From positions 33,355 to 97,354 of the forward strand of contig JBLNCL010000016.1 of NCBI GenBank assembly GCA_050260635.1: a DNA stretch of 64,000 bases, read 5' to 3'. A program made the translations under genes and the position numbers. Positions within the stretch are counted from its first letter, which is position 1. Each line of letters starts with the position of its first letter. The notes under the pieces are model-generated. The model was given only the letters and a program-made list of their open reading frames with translations. It had not been told where the DNA came from and searched no databases. This stretch comes from Betaproteobacteria bacterium. GTDB taxonomy: Bacteria; Bacillota; UBA5301; DYFA01. Shown here in pieces: positions 1-10,266 of the stretch.

Positions 1-553
1 GACCTTCGACGCCACCTATGGCGACAACCAGACCGAGGTGCTGTTGAGCATCCTGGCGAGGGAAGGCATTACGGCCACCTGGTTCATCTCGGGCATCTGG
101 GCGGAGGCCTTTCCGACCCTCCTGCAAGCGATCGAGGCGGCCGGTCACGAAATCGGCAACCACAGCATGACCCATCCGCACATGACCCAACTGTCAGCGG
201 CGGCGATGGCCAGCGAGATCACCCGTGCCACGCAGGCCATCGAGGCCAGGACGGCCCGGCGCGTGAACCTGTTCCGCCCGCCGTTCGGCGAGTACAACCA
301 GACTCTGCTTAATGTCGCCGCTGAGCTCGGCCACCGGACCATCATGTGGACGGTGGATTCTTTGGACTGGATGGAGCCTCCGCCGCCTCCTGAGGAGATC
401 GCCAGCCGGGTGTTGGCCGCAGTCGGGAACGGCGCCATCGCGCTGATGCACAACGCGGGGCGGAATACACCGGCTGCCCTGCCCGCGATCATCAGCGGAA
501 TCCGCCGGGCTGGGCTAGGCTTCGGCACGGTCAGCCAGGTGCTGGATCCGTAG
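1..553 (+). CDS. Polysaccharide deacetylase (NodB-homology domain), 5'-partial; the reading frame is open from nt 2, so the gene continues upstream of the window
   Basis: TFDATYGDNQTEVL (NodB motif 1 TFDDG-like) and HSMTHPHM (His-His zinc motif); frame open to the window edge. Confidence 0.8.
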   Translation, partial: TFDATYGDNQTEVLLSILAREGITATWFISGIWAEAFPTLLQAIEAAGHEIGNHSMTHPHMTQLSAAAMASEITRATQAIEARTARRVNLFRPPFGEYNQTLLNVAAELGHRTIMWTVDSLDWMEPPPPPEEIASRVLAAVGNGAIALMHNAGRNTPAALPAIISGIRRAGLGFGTVSQVLDP

Positions 554-678
554 GTTAACTCGGCAGCTTGGGTGGGGTCTTTAGTTGCGTCCAGTGTGCT
601 CCGATATCAGCAATGAAACGGCGCGGCGGATTGCTTTCTAGCTAGGGAAGGGACGCCGGGCGCAAGGGGGGACGGCGC

Positions 679-1128
679 ATGGAGGTTGACACCCAGCTCT
701 CCAACGCAACACCGTTGTACAAGCTAGAATCACTCTTCAAGCGTCGGCACGGGAACAGGATTACCCTGGAGGACATGAAGGCCGAGGTTGCCGAGGCCAG
801 AGAACGATTCCGCGCCGGATTCCGGAAGGCGCTCGAGAACGCCAACATTCCTTCGACACAACAGATTGTCTTGAAAAGCGAACCTGACGGACGGGTGACG
901 GTCGCTTCTGACCACCCCGACAAGGCCAGGATTGAAGCGGTGCTGCAGAACGACCCCAAGCTGGTGAATGAATTCCACCGGATGGATGCGACTGCAACCT
1001 TGGTTGCCCGCGCGGAGGAGACCATCCGATTCCAGAAAGCGTACGCGATTGATCCCCGGGCAGCTGTCGCACGGTATTCATACCTGTTTGACAGCCGGTC
1101 TGAGGAGGACTTCTCCCTGGCGCTCTGA
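679..1128 (+). CDS. Hypothetical protein of 149 aa, lower GC than its neighbours
   Basis: ORF with upstream GGGGGGA RBS-like stretch; no recognisable motif. Confidence 0.4.
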   Translation: MEVDTQLSNATPLYKLESLFKRRHGNRITLEDMKAEVAEARERFRAGFRKALENANIPSTQQIVLKSEPDGRVTVASDHPDKARIEAVLQNDPKLVNEFHRMDATATLVARAEETIRFQKAYAIDPRAAVARYSYLFDSRSEEDFSLAL

Positions 1129-1191
1129 CTGGTTCATCGCTGTCTTGCACCACATATGAGAATGCACCTGCGTGACCTGCGTGGTCGGCTC

Positions 1192-1869
1192 CTATGCTTT
1201 GCTGAGCAGGGTGGCAAGTGTGGCCACGTGTGAGTTGCGCACGACCGCCAGCACCTCATCCGCGGGGTGGAGCACGGTGTCGCCGTGAGGGATGACCATC
1301 TCCCCCTTGCGCAGAATGCCAACGATAATGCAGTCCGACGGCAGCTGCAGGTCGCGTATTGCCCGGCCGGCTGCGGAGGACGCCGAATGAACCTTCTCCT
1401 CGACGATCGAGAACTCCCCTTTGCGCAGTTTCAGGAGGGTCATCATGTCCCCGAGCGACATCTCCTCGGCGATCAGGTGCCCCATCAAATCGGCTTGATT
1501 CAGGGCGACGTCCACGCCCATCTCCCGCGTGAACATCCAGACATTCTTGGGGTTGTTGACCCGGGCGATCGTGCGGGGGACCCTGAACTCGAACTTGGCG
1601 AGGCTGGTGACCACGAGGTTGGTTTCGTCGGCCCCGGTGACAGCCGCCACGACGTCCACCTGGCGGATGCCTGCAGCCTCCAACACCAGCGGGCTTGTCC
1701 CGTCACCGCACCGTGCGACATCCGGCGGGAGATCTGTCCCAAGTCGGGGCATTTCGCCTGCCCGGTTTTCAATCACCACCACCTTATGCCCTCCGTCGAG
1801 GAGGAGCTTGCAGAGGTACGTGCCGATCTTGCCGCCTCCCACCACGATTACCTTCATCGCGCTGAACAC
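1192..1869 (-). CDS. TrkA/KtrA-family K+ transport NAD-binding subunit (TrkA-N plus TrkA-C)
   Basis: MKVIVVGGGKIGTYLCKLL Rossmann GxGxxG; typical length ~225 aa. Confidence 0.85.
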   Translation of the reverse strand: MFSAMKVIVVGGGKIGTYLCKLLLDGGHKVVVIENRAGEMPRLGTDLPPDVARCGDGTSPLVLEAAGIRQVDVVAAVTGADETNLVVTSLAKFEFRVPRTIARVNNPKNVWMFTREMGVDVALNQADLMGHLIAEEMSLGDMMTLLKLRKGEFSIVEEKVHSASSAAGRAIRDLQLPSDCIIVGILRKGEMVIPHGDTVLHPADEVLAVVRNSHVATLATLLSKA

Positions 1870-1881
1870 GCTCCTTCCGGA

Positions 1882-2556
1882 TCACTGCCCCAGCAGTGCT
1901 TTCAATCGGTTCTCGGAGCCGGCCGTCACGGCCAGGAACAGCCGGTCGCCTTCCTTGAACGTGAGGCCGTTGCTCGGCAACATGGTCTTGCCTGAGCGCT
2001 GGAAGGCCACGAGGTGGAGCTCCCCGGGCAAAACCAGGTCCTTGCTCGTGTGCCCGAAAAGGAGTGGTGGAAGCTCCATCTCGACAATCTCCACCCCGCC
2101 ATTGCCCAAAGTGGCCGTTGATTCAACGCCCGGAGAGGAGAGCAGTTGCGCAAAGCGGCGAGTGGCCCAGACCACCGGGGCGACGGTCGTCAACCCCAGG
2201 CGTCGGTAGATCTCGGCCTTGGCGGGGTCGTAGATCCGGGCAATCACCCGGGGCACCTTGAAGACCTGACGTGCCAGTCGAGCTACCACCACGTTCACTT
2301 CATCGCTGTGGGTGACTGCCGCCAGACCGTCCGCCTGTTGGATGCCCGCCTTCAGCAGCACATCGCGGTCAAAGCCCACACCCTCGATGACTGTGCCTGT
2401 GAAGTTCGCTCCCAGTGCGCGGAGAGCCTGCGGGTCGATGTCCACCGCAGCCACCGCATGTCCTTCGCGGGCCAGTTGCTGGGCCAAACGCGAGCCCATT
2501 CGCCCGCAGCCGACGATGATGAAACGCACCCAACTCACCCCTTTCGGTTTTCGCAA
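1882..2556 (-). CDS. Second TrkA/KtrA-family K+ transport regulatory subunit (paralog)
   Basis: FIIVGCGRMGSRLAQQL Rossmann motif; tandem with the previous TrkA gene. Confidence 0.8.
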   Translation of the reverse strand: MRKPKGVSWVRFIIVGCGRMGSRLAQQLAREGHAVAAVDIDPQALRALGANFTGTVIEGVGFDRDVLLKAGIQQADGLAAVTHSDEVNVVVARLARQVFKVPRVIARIYDPAKAEIYRRLGLTTVAPVVWATRRFAQLLSSPGVESTATLGNGGVEIVEMELPPLLFGHTSKDLVLPGELHLVAFQRSGKTMLPSNGLTFKEGDRLFLAVTAGSENRLKALLGQ

Positions 2557-5390
2557 CGACGCTCGATGGCTTTGCGCCCCTCTTCAGCCAGGAACATGGC
2601 CGGGGCATAGAGCGCCAGTACCCCCCAATACGGTAAGGGTAGTGGCCCATGCTCGAAAATACCCTGGAAGGGCTGGACGTAGACCAGCAGGTTGATGATT
2701 GCCAGCTCTAGCAGGATCCCGACGAGCAGGAACCGATTGCTGAACAGCCCGATCTTGAAGACCGAGATTCGTTCGGTCCGACAGGCGTAAGCGTTGCCGA
2801 TCTGAGTAGTGACGACCCCGGCGTGGAACATGGTCGTAGCCAGCACGTACACGAGCCCTGCCCGGCTGAGCAGCCGCTGCGCGTAGGGGAGCAAGTCGGG
2901 ACGAGGCAGGTGGAGGAGATCGTGATAGCCGAAAGTCCACCACAGGAAGTAGAACCCCGCGAAGCAGAGAACGGTCTGGACGGAACCCAACCAGACGAGC
3001 GCACGCAGGATGAGCCGCCGGTCGACCAGCCGCTCTGTGGCCTTGCGGGGAGGGCGATCCATGATGCCCGGCTCGGGCGCCTCGGTGCCGAGCGCCAACG
3101 CGGGAACCAGGTCGGTGCCGAGGTCGATCGCCAGAACCTGCATCACCGTCAGGGCCAGCGGCACGTTGAACATGATCTGGAAGATGAAAGGCCAGGCCTC
3201 AGGCACGTTACTCGTGAAGATGTACGTGGCGAACTTCCTGATGTTGGCGTAAACCGCCCGCCCTTCCTCGATCGCGTTGACGATCGAGGCAAAGTTGTCG
3301 TCGGTCAGGATCATGTCCGCGGCTTCCTTCGCCACATCCGTGCCGGCCATGCCCATCGCCACTCCGATGTCGGCCTTCTTGAGCGCGGGAGCGTCGTTGA
3401 CGCCGTCCCCCGTCACCGCGACGGTGTGGCCCAGCTCCTGGAGGGCCGAGACGACGCGCAGCTTGTGCTCGGGTGCGACTCGGGCGAAAATGACCTCCTC
3501 GCCCAGCACAGCTTTGAGGTCGTCGTCGGACATGGCATCAAGGTCGGAGCCGGTGACAATCCGGGGGAGCGGTGAATGGATGATCCCTATGCGCCGGGCA
3601 ATGCTTGCGGCGGTCAAGCCGTAGTCCCCGGTAATCATCACGATCCGGATGCCGGCGCGATGACACAGGTCTACGGCCTGCTTCACCTCCGGACGTGGGG
3701 GATCCATCATGGCCATCAGGCCCAGGAACGTGAGCTCGCTCTCGATCTCTTCGACCGGGGCTTCTACAAGGGCCTCCGGGATGCTCCGCATGGCGATGGC
3801 CAGCACTCTGAGCCCCGCCCGGGAGTAGGCGTCGTTGACCGACATGATCCGGTCGCGGGTTGCGACGTCCAACAGTCCATCCTGCCCCTTCAAGCGCACC
3901 CTTGAACACAAGGATAGCACTTCCTTGGGCGCGCCCTTCACGTAGACCAGGTGGGATGAACCGCCGTGGATGGTTCCCATCCGCTTGCGCCGGGAGTCGA
4001 AGGGCAGCTCCCTCACTCTGGGTGAGAGGCGTTCTTCCGCAGCCAGATCGAGACCGGCCTTCTGGGCGACCACCAGCAAAGCGGCTTCCGTCGGGTCGCC
4101 CAGTACCGTCCAGCGATCGGAGTCACCGTTTGGCGGCGAGAGCCGGGCGTTGTTGCAGAGTCCCGCGGCGAGCAACACCTGACGCAGGTCGCCGTCGGGA
4201 GGGCTGGGGACAGCAGAGCCGTCGTCCCGGAGGAGCTGACCCTCGGGAGCGTAGCCGACACCCGAGACCTGGAACTCCTGGCCTCCGGCCCACACTTGGC
4301 GCACGGTCATCTCGTTTTGCGTCAAGGTTCCGGTCTTGTCCGTGCAGATTACGGTGCATGAGCCCAGCGTCTCAACGGACGACAGTTTCTTGATCAAGGC
4401 GTGACGCTTGGCCATCCGCTGCACGCCCATGGCCAAAGACAGGGTGACCGTCGGCAAGAGGCCCTCCGGCACGAACGCCACGACCATGCCGACCGCGAAG
4501 ATGAACCCGATCGAGAGAGGACGATGAACCACCGCCGCCGAGAGAACGAAGAAGAGGATCCCGATTCCCACCGCCAAGATGGTCACGATTTTGGTCAGGC
4601 GGTTGATCTCCCGTTGGAGCGGGCTCAAGTCCTCCCCGACACTTTGGGTCAAGTGCGCAATCTTACCAAACTCGCTCTTCATGCCCGTGGCGAACACGAC
4701 CGCTTTCCCTGTCCCCGCAGCCACGTTCGTGCCGGCAAACACCAGATTGGGTAGCTCGGCGAAGGACAGGCTCGTCCCGGAAACAGGCTCGCTCGTCTTG
4801 CCCACCGGATTGGACTCTCCGCTGAGTGTCGACTGGTCCACCCGCAGTTCGGACTCCTGCACCAGGCGTGCGTCCGCAGAGATTCGATCGCCTTCCGCCA
4901 GAATGAGGACGTCACCGGGCACGAGCTGCTCCACCAACACTTTCTGCTCCTGTCCGTCGCGCAGCACTCGGGCGTAGGCGGGCAACAGCTTCTTGAGCGC
5001 TTCAGTGGCCTTCTCCGCTCGGAACTCCTGCCAGAAGGAGAAGACGGCGTTGATCACGATGACCGTCCACACCGCCCAGCCGAGTTGCGGCATCCTCGCG
5101 ACGAAAGCCATCGCGCCGCCGACCCACAGGAGAACCGCCATGAGGTGAGTGAAGTTGGCCAGGAACTTGAGGAAGAGGGGTTTCTTCTTCACTTCCACGA
5201 GCGCGTTGAGGCCGTAACGGGCGAGTCTCTCCTGTGCCTCGCCGTGGGTCAAGCCTTGGGGCGAGGTGCCAAGAGTCGCGTACACCTCGCTGACGGGCAA
5301 GCTGTGGATCATTGACCGGATGTCAGGTTTCTCGCCGGACGTCGTTGCGACGCTCATCTGTAACGCACCTTCGCTTCGTCCTGAGGGCAA
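2535..5390 (-). CDS. Cation-transporting P-type ATPase (type II, Ca2+/Mg2+-like), 951 aa
   Basis: DKTGTLTQN phosphorylation motif, TGDGVNDAPALKKADIGVAMG hinge motif, about ten transmembrane segments. Confidence 0.9.
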   Translation of the reverse strand: MPSGRSEGALQMSVATTSGEKPDIRSMIHSLPVSEVYATLGTSPQGLTHGEAQERLARYGLNALVEVKKKPLFLKFLANFTHLMAVLLWVGGAMAFVARMPQLGWAVWTVIVINAVFSFWQEFRAEKATEALKKLLPAYARVLRDGQEQKVLVEQLVPGDVLILAEGDRISADARLVQESELRVDQSTLSGESNPVGKTSEPVSGTSLSFAELPNLVFAGTNVAAGTGKAVVFATGMKSEFGKIAHLTQSVGEDLSPLQREINRLTKIVTILAVGIGILFFVLSAAVVHRPLSIGFIFAVGMVVAFVPEGLLPTVTLSLAMGVQRMAKRHALIKKLSSVETLGSCTVICTDKTGTLTQNEMTVRQVWAGGQEFQVSGVGYAPEGQLLRDDGSAVPSPPDGDLRQVLLAAGLCNNARLSPPNGDSDRWTVLGDPTEAALLVVAQKAGLDLAAEERLSPRVRELPFDSRRKRMGTIHGGSSHLVYVKGAPKEVLSLCSRVRLKGQDGLLDVATRDRIMSVNDAYSRAGLRVLAIAMRSIPEALVEAPVEEIESELTFLGLMAMMDPPRPEVKQAVDLCHRAGIRIVMITGDYGLTAASIARRIGIIHSPLPRIVTGSDLDAMSDDDLKAVLGEEVIFARVAPEHKLRVVSALQELGHTVAVTGDGVNDAPALKKADIGVAMGMAGTDVAKEAADMILTDDNFASIVNAIEEGRAVYANIRKFATYIFTSNVPEAWPFIFQIMFNVPLALTVMQVLAIDLGTDLVPALALGTEAPEPGIMDRPPRKATERLVDRRLILRALVWLGSVQTVLCFAGFYFLWWTFGYHDLLHLPRPDLLPYAQRLLSRAGLVYVLATTMFHAGVVTTQIGNAYACRTERISVFKIGLFSNRFLLVGILLELAIINLLVYVQPFQGIFEHGPLPLPYWGVLALYAPAMFLAEEGRKAIERRCENRKG

Positions 5391-5918
5391 GTTCGTCCGG
5401 GGATCGGTGCGGCAAAAAAGCCACCCCCAGGGCGGCTGATGCCTCCCCTGCCTGCGGCCTAGGAGGTTAGCTGCCGGGTTCGGGCGGCAGGAGTCGCCCT
5501 ACTCTTTCGAGACTCACCCCACGAAACTGGTTTCCCCGTTCCGGATCTCCCGGATTCAGCCTGTTTAGTTTTCCACAGTTGTGGAATATGACACCGCCTG
5601 AAATGTCTGGCAAGAGGCAAGTGCCCGACTCCCAGGTGGCTCAGTACTTCAAGGCGGCTCCTTGACGGCTACCGTGAAATGACCTTCCACTCTGGCCCGC
5701 TACCGTGTGCCGGGTTCGACCGCCAGGGCGATTCGGGATCCTCCGACACTCCGCACGGCATCCAGGGCGTCGTGAGGGAGTCGACTCGGACGGGTTCCTA
5801 CCGTTAAAAGGGATGGATGTCGGCTGCAATGCCCGCATCGAATAGTGGCTTTGTGCAATCGGAGTGTGTATGCGGAAGCGAAGGCTTTCGTCTCGGGAGA
5901 GACGGAGACCTCTTTTGT

Positions 5919-7460
5919 TTAATGGGTCTTGATACGAGCGATGCCAGTTCCGTACCCGAGCCGGTGCATCACAAGAACCGGCGCCGCCGCTTCCGTGTGA
6001 CTCGTCTGCGGCGACGTGCCGGTCAGGCGGATTGGGCTTGCCAGCTTCAACGAGGACTTGACGACGTCAGATATTGGCCCGAACACAAGCATGCCCAGTG
6101 GCATCATGGAACCCATGAACAGCAGGTACAGCCAGAAGACCGGAATCGAGCCCAGGGCAAAGGCACAGGCAAGGGCAATGTCAACCGTCAATCATCGCTG
6201 CCCGCCAGGCCTGCCCCGTGGAGACTGGCTCGCCACTCCGGCGCCAAGTGGCTTCAGATCGGAAGGGCACCAGTCGCCTTCTCCCGAGAGAGGAGCAGAT
6301 ATGACAACAGGCTGGCCGTCAAGACAATCGCGGCGCTCCCTCCAAAGACCAGACTAACGTCAACTCGGTCTGCCAACATACCTCCAAGCCACGAGCCGAG
6401 CAGTGAAGCCGCCATTGCTGATGGATGAGCTACCCCGAACACCCGAGTCAAGAATTCCTTCCTTACCTTGGCTTGGATCAGCGAGTTCCCGCCGATACTC
6501 ATCGCGGCTTGCCCCGCTCCACCAATCACGTTGCAGAACAGAATCCAGGCAAAATTGGGCGCTAGGCTCATTCCAAGCAGGCAGACTCCAATGCCTCCAA
6601 GACCGGCGACCACGAGCGGCCAGGTATTCGATAACCTTTGGGATAGGGTCAGTATGAACATCGACGCTCCAACGGTGGCGATTCCAAAGACAGACCAGGC
6701 AAGAGACAGCCGCAACTCTGGGAGCGCCAGACTCCGGGTGACGAGGAACAACTCACAGACATTCACCGCACCGCCGCCCAGCATGGCTACGCAGATTGAG
6801 AGGGCGGAGTAACGAACGGGTCGGGTGCTCCACAGATACGAGAACCCTTCCGCAAGTCAACTACTGGATCAGTCACTGTGCCCACCTTGGCAGCGGGATT
6901 GTCAGGTAGATCTGCAATGACAATCGCTCCGACCACTGCCAGAAAGGAGATTGCATCCAGAGCCAGCGACCACGATGGCCCGATGGAAAAATAGATGGCT
7001 GTGCCGAGTATGGGACCCAGCACGAGAGCTAGATTGGCGGTTACTTGAGACAGGCTATTCGCCCCAACCAGTTGATCCTGCTCGACGATGGCGGGAATCA
7101 TGGCTTGCCTCGCAGGGTGTAGAACTGGGAGACTGTACTGCTCAGAAAGGTGTAGATCAACACAAGGCTCTGTGTTCGGAGAGCTGCCGCCAGGAGGGCG
7201 CTACAACCAGCACACAGGGCCTGTGCCCATAGCATCGTCCGACGGTGTGACCAACGGTTTACAAGGACGCCTGCCAGTGGGCCGAACAGAAGCGGCGCAT
7301 AGGTCGCCACCACCATGCTGGCAGTGGCAACCGGAGAATGCCCGCTGGTCTGATATACCCAGTAGGTCAAGGTCATATGGCGTAGCCAGTTTCCTGCCTC
7401 AGAGAGAGACTGCCCGACCCAGAGAGGGGCAAAATGCCGGTTCTTCAGCAGTTTCTGCAT
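5919..7460 (-). pseudogene. MFS transporter (MFS_3/enterobactin-exporter-like) split into four consecutive frame-shifted ORFs (7460-7098, 7101-6787, 6784-6254, 6191-5919)
   Basis: The four minus-strand ORFs are consecutive and collinear (N- to C-terminus), each a hydrophobic MFS-like helix bundle. The region is GC-poorer (~55%) than its flanks. Confidence 0.6.
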
Positions 7461-7484
7461 CCATAACCCCCGCTATTTTCCAAC

Positions 7485-7522
7485 TAGTAGATGGAACTTC
7501 GGTTAGTAGATGGAACTTCGGT
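7485..7522. repeat. Perfect 19-bp tandem duplication (TAGTAGATGGAACTTCGGT x2)
   Basis: Read directly from the sequence, immediately upstream of the MFS pseudogene start. Confidence 0.7.
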
Positions 7523-7818
7523 GCTGTTCAACAGAGGTACAGCCACTCCCTGCTTTGGCCTGGGGGTTACAGGTTTTCACAGCACTAGGAATCCAGCATG
7601 ACCGGAGGGCACTAAGACCAAGGCGCACGCCCTGGCCTCGTCCATTCACGGTGAGGGTCTGAGTGCCGGCGGTTGACAACCTTGTCAAGTATCTTTGGTC
7701 TGCGCCTGACCCCTGACCCCCTCCCCCTGTCCGCTGAGGGGTCGACGCTCCGGGCAGACGCCGGCCGCCAACTGCTACCGGGCTTTCCCTTGGCTGGGGC
7801 GAGAGGATTTGCCTCCCG

Positions 7819-9321
7819 TTGCGCCAATATATTGCATGTTTGAGGCTTGGCAGGGAGGGACCGGGCTTGGCCTATCGGGACTTGCGCCACTTCCTCGGCG
7901 TCTTGGAGGAACAGGGCGAACTCCGGCGGATCAAGGCGGAGGTCGACCCGGTCCTGGAGATCACCGAGATCACCGACCGCATCTCCAAAGCAGGGGGTCC
8001 GGCGCTTCTCTTCGAAAAGGTCAAGGGCTCGGCCATGCCTGTCGTGACCAACGCCTTCGGCTCGGAGCGGCGCATGGCGCTGGCCCTGGGCGTGGAGAGG
8101 CTGGACGAGATCGCCGACGAGATCCGGGGACTGCTGGACCTGGCCGACCTGGCCGGGCCGGAGTCCGGCGGGCTCCTGGGCAAGTTGAAGGCCCTCCCGA
8201 AGCTCGCCGAACTGGCCAACCTGTTCCCTAAGCACGTGGGGAGCGGCCCCTGTCAGGAAGTGGTCCACGCCGAACCCGATCTGTCGCTCTTACCGGTCCT
8301 CCAGTGTTGGCCCGGGGATGCCGGCCGCTTCATCACGCTGCCTCTGGTCTTTACCAAGGACCCGGCCACCGGGCGGCGGAACTGCGGGATGTACCGCCTC
8401 CAGGTCTACGACCGGCGGACGACCGGGATGCACTGGCACATCCACAAGGACGGGGCGGCCAACTACCGCCGGGCCGAAGCAGAAGGGAACCGACTGGAGG
8501 TCGCCGTAGCTCTGGGAGGCGACCCCGCCTTGACTTACGCCGCCACCGCCCCGCTGCCGAGGGGCGTGGACGAACTGTTGTTCGCCGGATTCCTGCGGAA
8601 GAAGCCGGTGGAACTGGTGAAGTGCCAGACGGTGGACCTGGAGGTCCCGGCCGCCGCCGAGATCATCCTGGAGGGGTATGTCGATCCCCGGGAGCGGCGG
8701 GTGGAAGGCCCCTTCGGCGACCACACCGGCTACTACTCCCTGGCCGACGAGTACCCGGTCTTCCACCTGACCTGCCTCACCCACCGCCGGGCGGCTGTCT
8801 ACCCGGCCACCGTCGTGGGGCGGCCGCCGATGGAGGACGCCTTCTTCGGCCTGGCTACCGAGCGGCTCTTTCTGCCTCTGCTCCAACTCCAGCTCCCGGA
8901 GGTGGTGGACTACACCCTGCCGGTGGCGGGGGTCTTCCACAACTGCGCCATCATCAGCATCAAGAAGCAGTTCCCGGGACATGCGAACAAGGTCATGCAC
9001 GCCGTCTGGGGCATGGGCCAGATGATGTATACCAAGTTCGTGATCGTGGTGGACGAGGACGTGAACGTCCACGACCCTTATGAGGTGGTCTGGAAGGTCA
9101 TGAACCACGTGGATCCCGGGCGGGACCTGACCATCGTCAAGGGGCCCATCGAGACGTTGGACCACGCCTCGCCCCTGCCCCGGTACGGCACGAAACTGGG
9201 CATCGACGCCACCCGCAAGTGGCCGGAGGAGGGCTTCACCCGGGAATGGCCTGCCGAAATCGTCATGTCCCCCGAGATCAAGGACCTGGTTACCCGGCGG
9301 TGGAAGGAGTACGGCCTGTGA
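7819..9321 (+). CDS. UbiD-family decarboxylase (MqnL-like, menaquinone/ubiquinone-type ring decarboxylase)
   Basis: 500 aa; UbiD-like architecture and motifs; translationally coupled to a UbiA homolog. Confidence 0.85.
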   Translation: MRQYIACLRLGREGPGLAYRDLRHFLGVLEEQGELRRIKAEVDPVLEITEITDRISKAGGPALLFEKVKGSAMPVVTNAFGSERRMALALGVERLDEIADEIRGLLDLADLAGPESGGLLGKLKALPKLAELANLFPKHVGSGPCQEVVHAEPDLSLLPVLQCWPGDAGRFITLPLVFTKDPATGRRNCGMYRLQVYDRRTTGMHWHIHKDGAANYRRAEAEGNRLEVAVALGGDPALTYAATAPLPRGVDELLFAGFLRKKPVELVKCQTVDLEVPAAAEIILEGYVDPRERRVEGPFGDHTGYYSLADEYPVFHLTCLTHRRAAVYPATVVGRPPMEDAFFGLATERLFLPLLQLQLPEVVDYTLPVAGVFHNCAIISIKKQFPGHANKVMHAVWGMGQMMYTKFVIVVDEDVNVHDPYEVVWKVMNHVDPGRDLTIVKGPIETLDHASPLPRYGTKLGIDATRKWPEEGFTREWPAEIVMSPEIKDLVTRRWKEYGL

Positions 9322-10235
9322 GCGAGGCGCACTACCAATACGTCCCCGAGGCGGTGGCGCAGGATCGCTCGCTCGTCGGGCGGATGCGCCTCTTCCTCAA
9401 AATGATCGACTTTCACGAGTCGGTCTTCTCGCTTCCCTTCGCCCTCTCGGCGACCGTCCTGGCGGCCGCTTGGCGGGGGTATGGAATCACCCTGCGGGAG
9501 CTTTTCTGGGTCGTGGTGGCGATGGTGTCGGCGCGCTCGATTGCCATGGCCACCAACCGGGTGGTGGACGTCGAGTACGACCGGCGCAACCCCCGGACCG
9601 CCCGGGCCATCTTCCCCCGGGGGTTGCTCAAGGCGGGCGAGGTTTGGACCTTCGTCGCCTTCTTCACGGCGGTCTTCCTCTTCGCCGCCTGGCAGTTCAA
9701 CCCGCTCTGCTTGTGGCTGTCCCCGCTGGCTCTGGCTTGGATCGTCGTCTATTCGTTCGTGAAGCGTTTCACCTGGTTGGTCCACCTCTGGCTCGGCCTC
9801 TCGCTGGGCCTGGCGCCGGTGGCGGGGTGGCTCGCCCTGGCCGGGCGGCTGACCTGGACGCCGATCTTTCTGGGCCTGGCCGTGACCTTTTGGGTGGCCG
9901 GTTTCGACATCATCTTCGCCTTGCAGGACAAGGAGGCGGACGAGCGGGAGGGGCTCTACTCCATCCCGGTCCGCTTCGGGATCGGCGGCGCTCTGCGCCT
10001 GTCCTCCGCCAGCCACCTGTTGACCGGCGTCTTCTTCGTTGCCACCGGTCTCGCCGCGGAGTTGGCTTGGCCGTATTGGGTCGGCGTGGCGGCGATCGGC
10101 GCCCTGCTGTTCGTCGAACACGCCATGCTCTCGGAGAACGACCTCTCCCGGCTCCATTCGGCCTACTTCCGGGTGAACGGCTTGGTAAGCACGATTTTCC
10201 TCCTGTTTACCTGGGCGGCTTTGCGGGTCGGCTAG
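9318..10235 (+). CDS. UbiA-family aromatic prenyltransferase (MqnP / 4-hydroxybenzoate polyprenyltransferase-like)
   Basis: GTG start overlaps the ubiD stop (GTGA); about eight or nine TM helices; UbiA Asp-rich motif region (FALQDKEADEREG). Confidence 0.85.
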   Translation: MSEAHYQYVPEAVAQDRSLVGRMRLFLKMIDFHESVFSLPFALSATVLAAAWRGYGITLRELFWVVVAMVSARSIAMATNRVVDVEYDRRNPRTARAIFPRGLLKAGEVWTFVAFFTAVFLFAAWQFNPLCLWLSPLALAWIVVYSFVKRFTWLVHLWLGLSLGLAPVAGWLALAGRLTWTPIFLGLAVTFWVAGFDIIFALQDKEADEREGLYSIPVRFGIGGALRLSSASHLLTGVFFVATGLAAELAWPYWVGVAAIGALLFVEHAMLSENDLSRLHSAYFRVNGLVSTIFLLFTWAALRVG

Positions 10236-10266
10236 CGGCGCGGCCGGGCACCTCGACGGAAAGGGG

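Noticed and set aside
5817-6428. 203-aa plus-strand ORF across the MFS pseudogene region
   Set aside because: Arg/Pro-rich, antisense to collinear MFS fragments.
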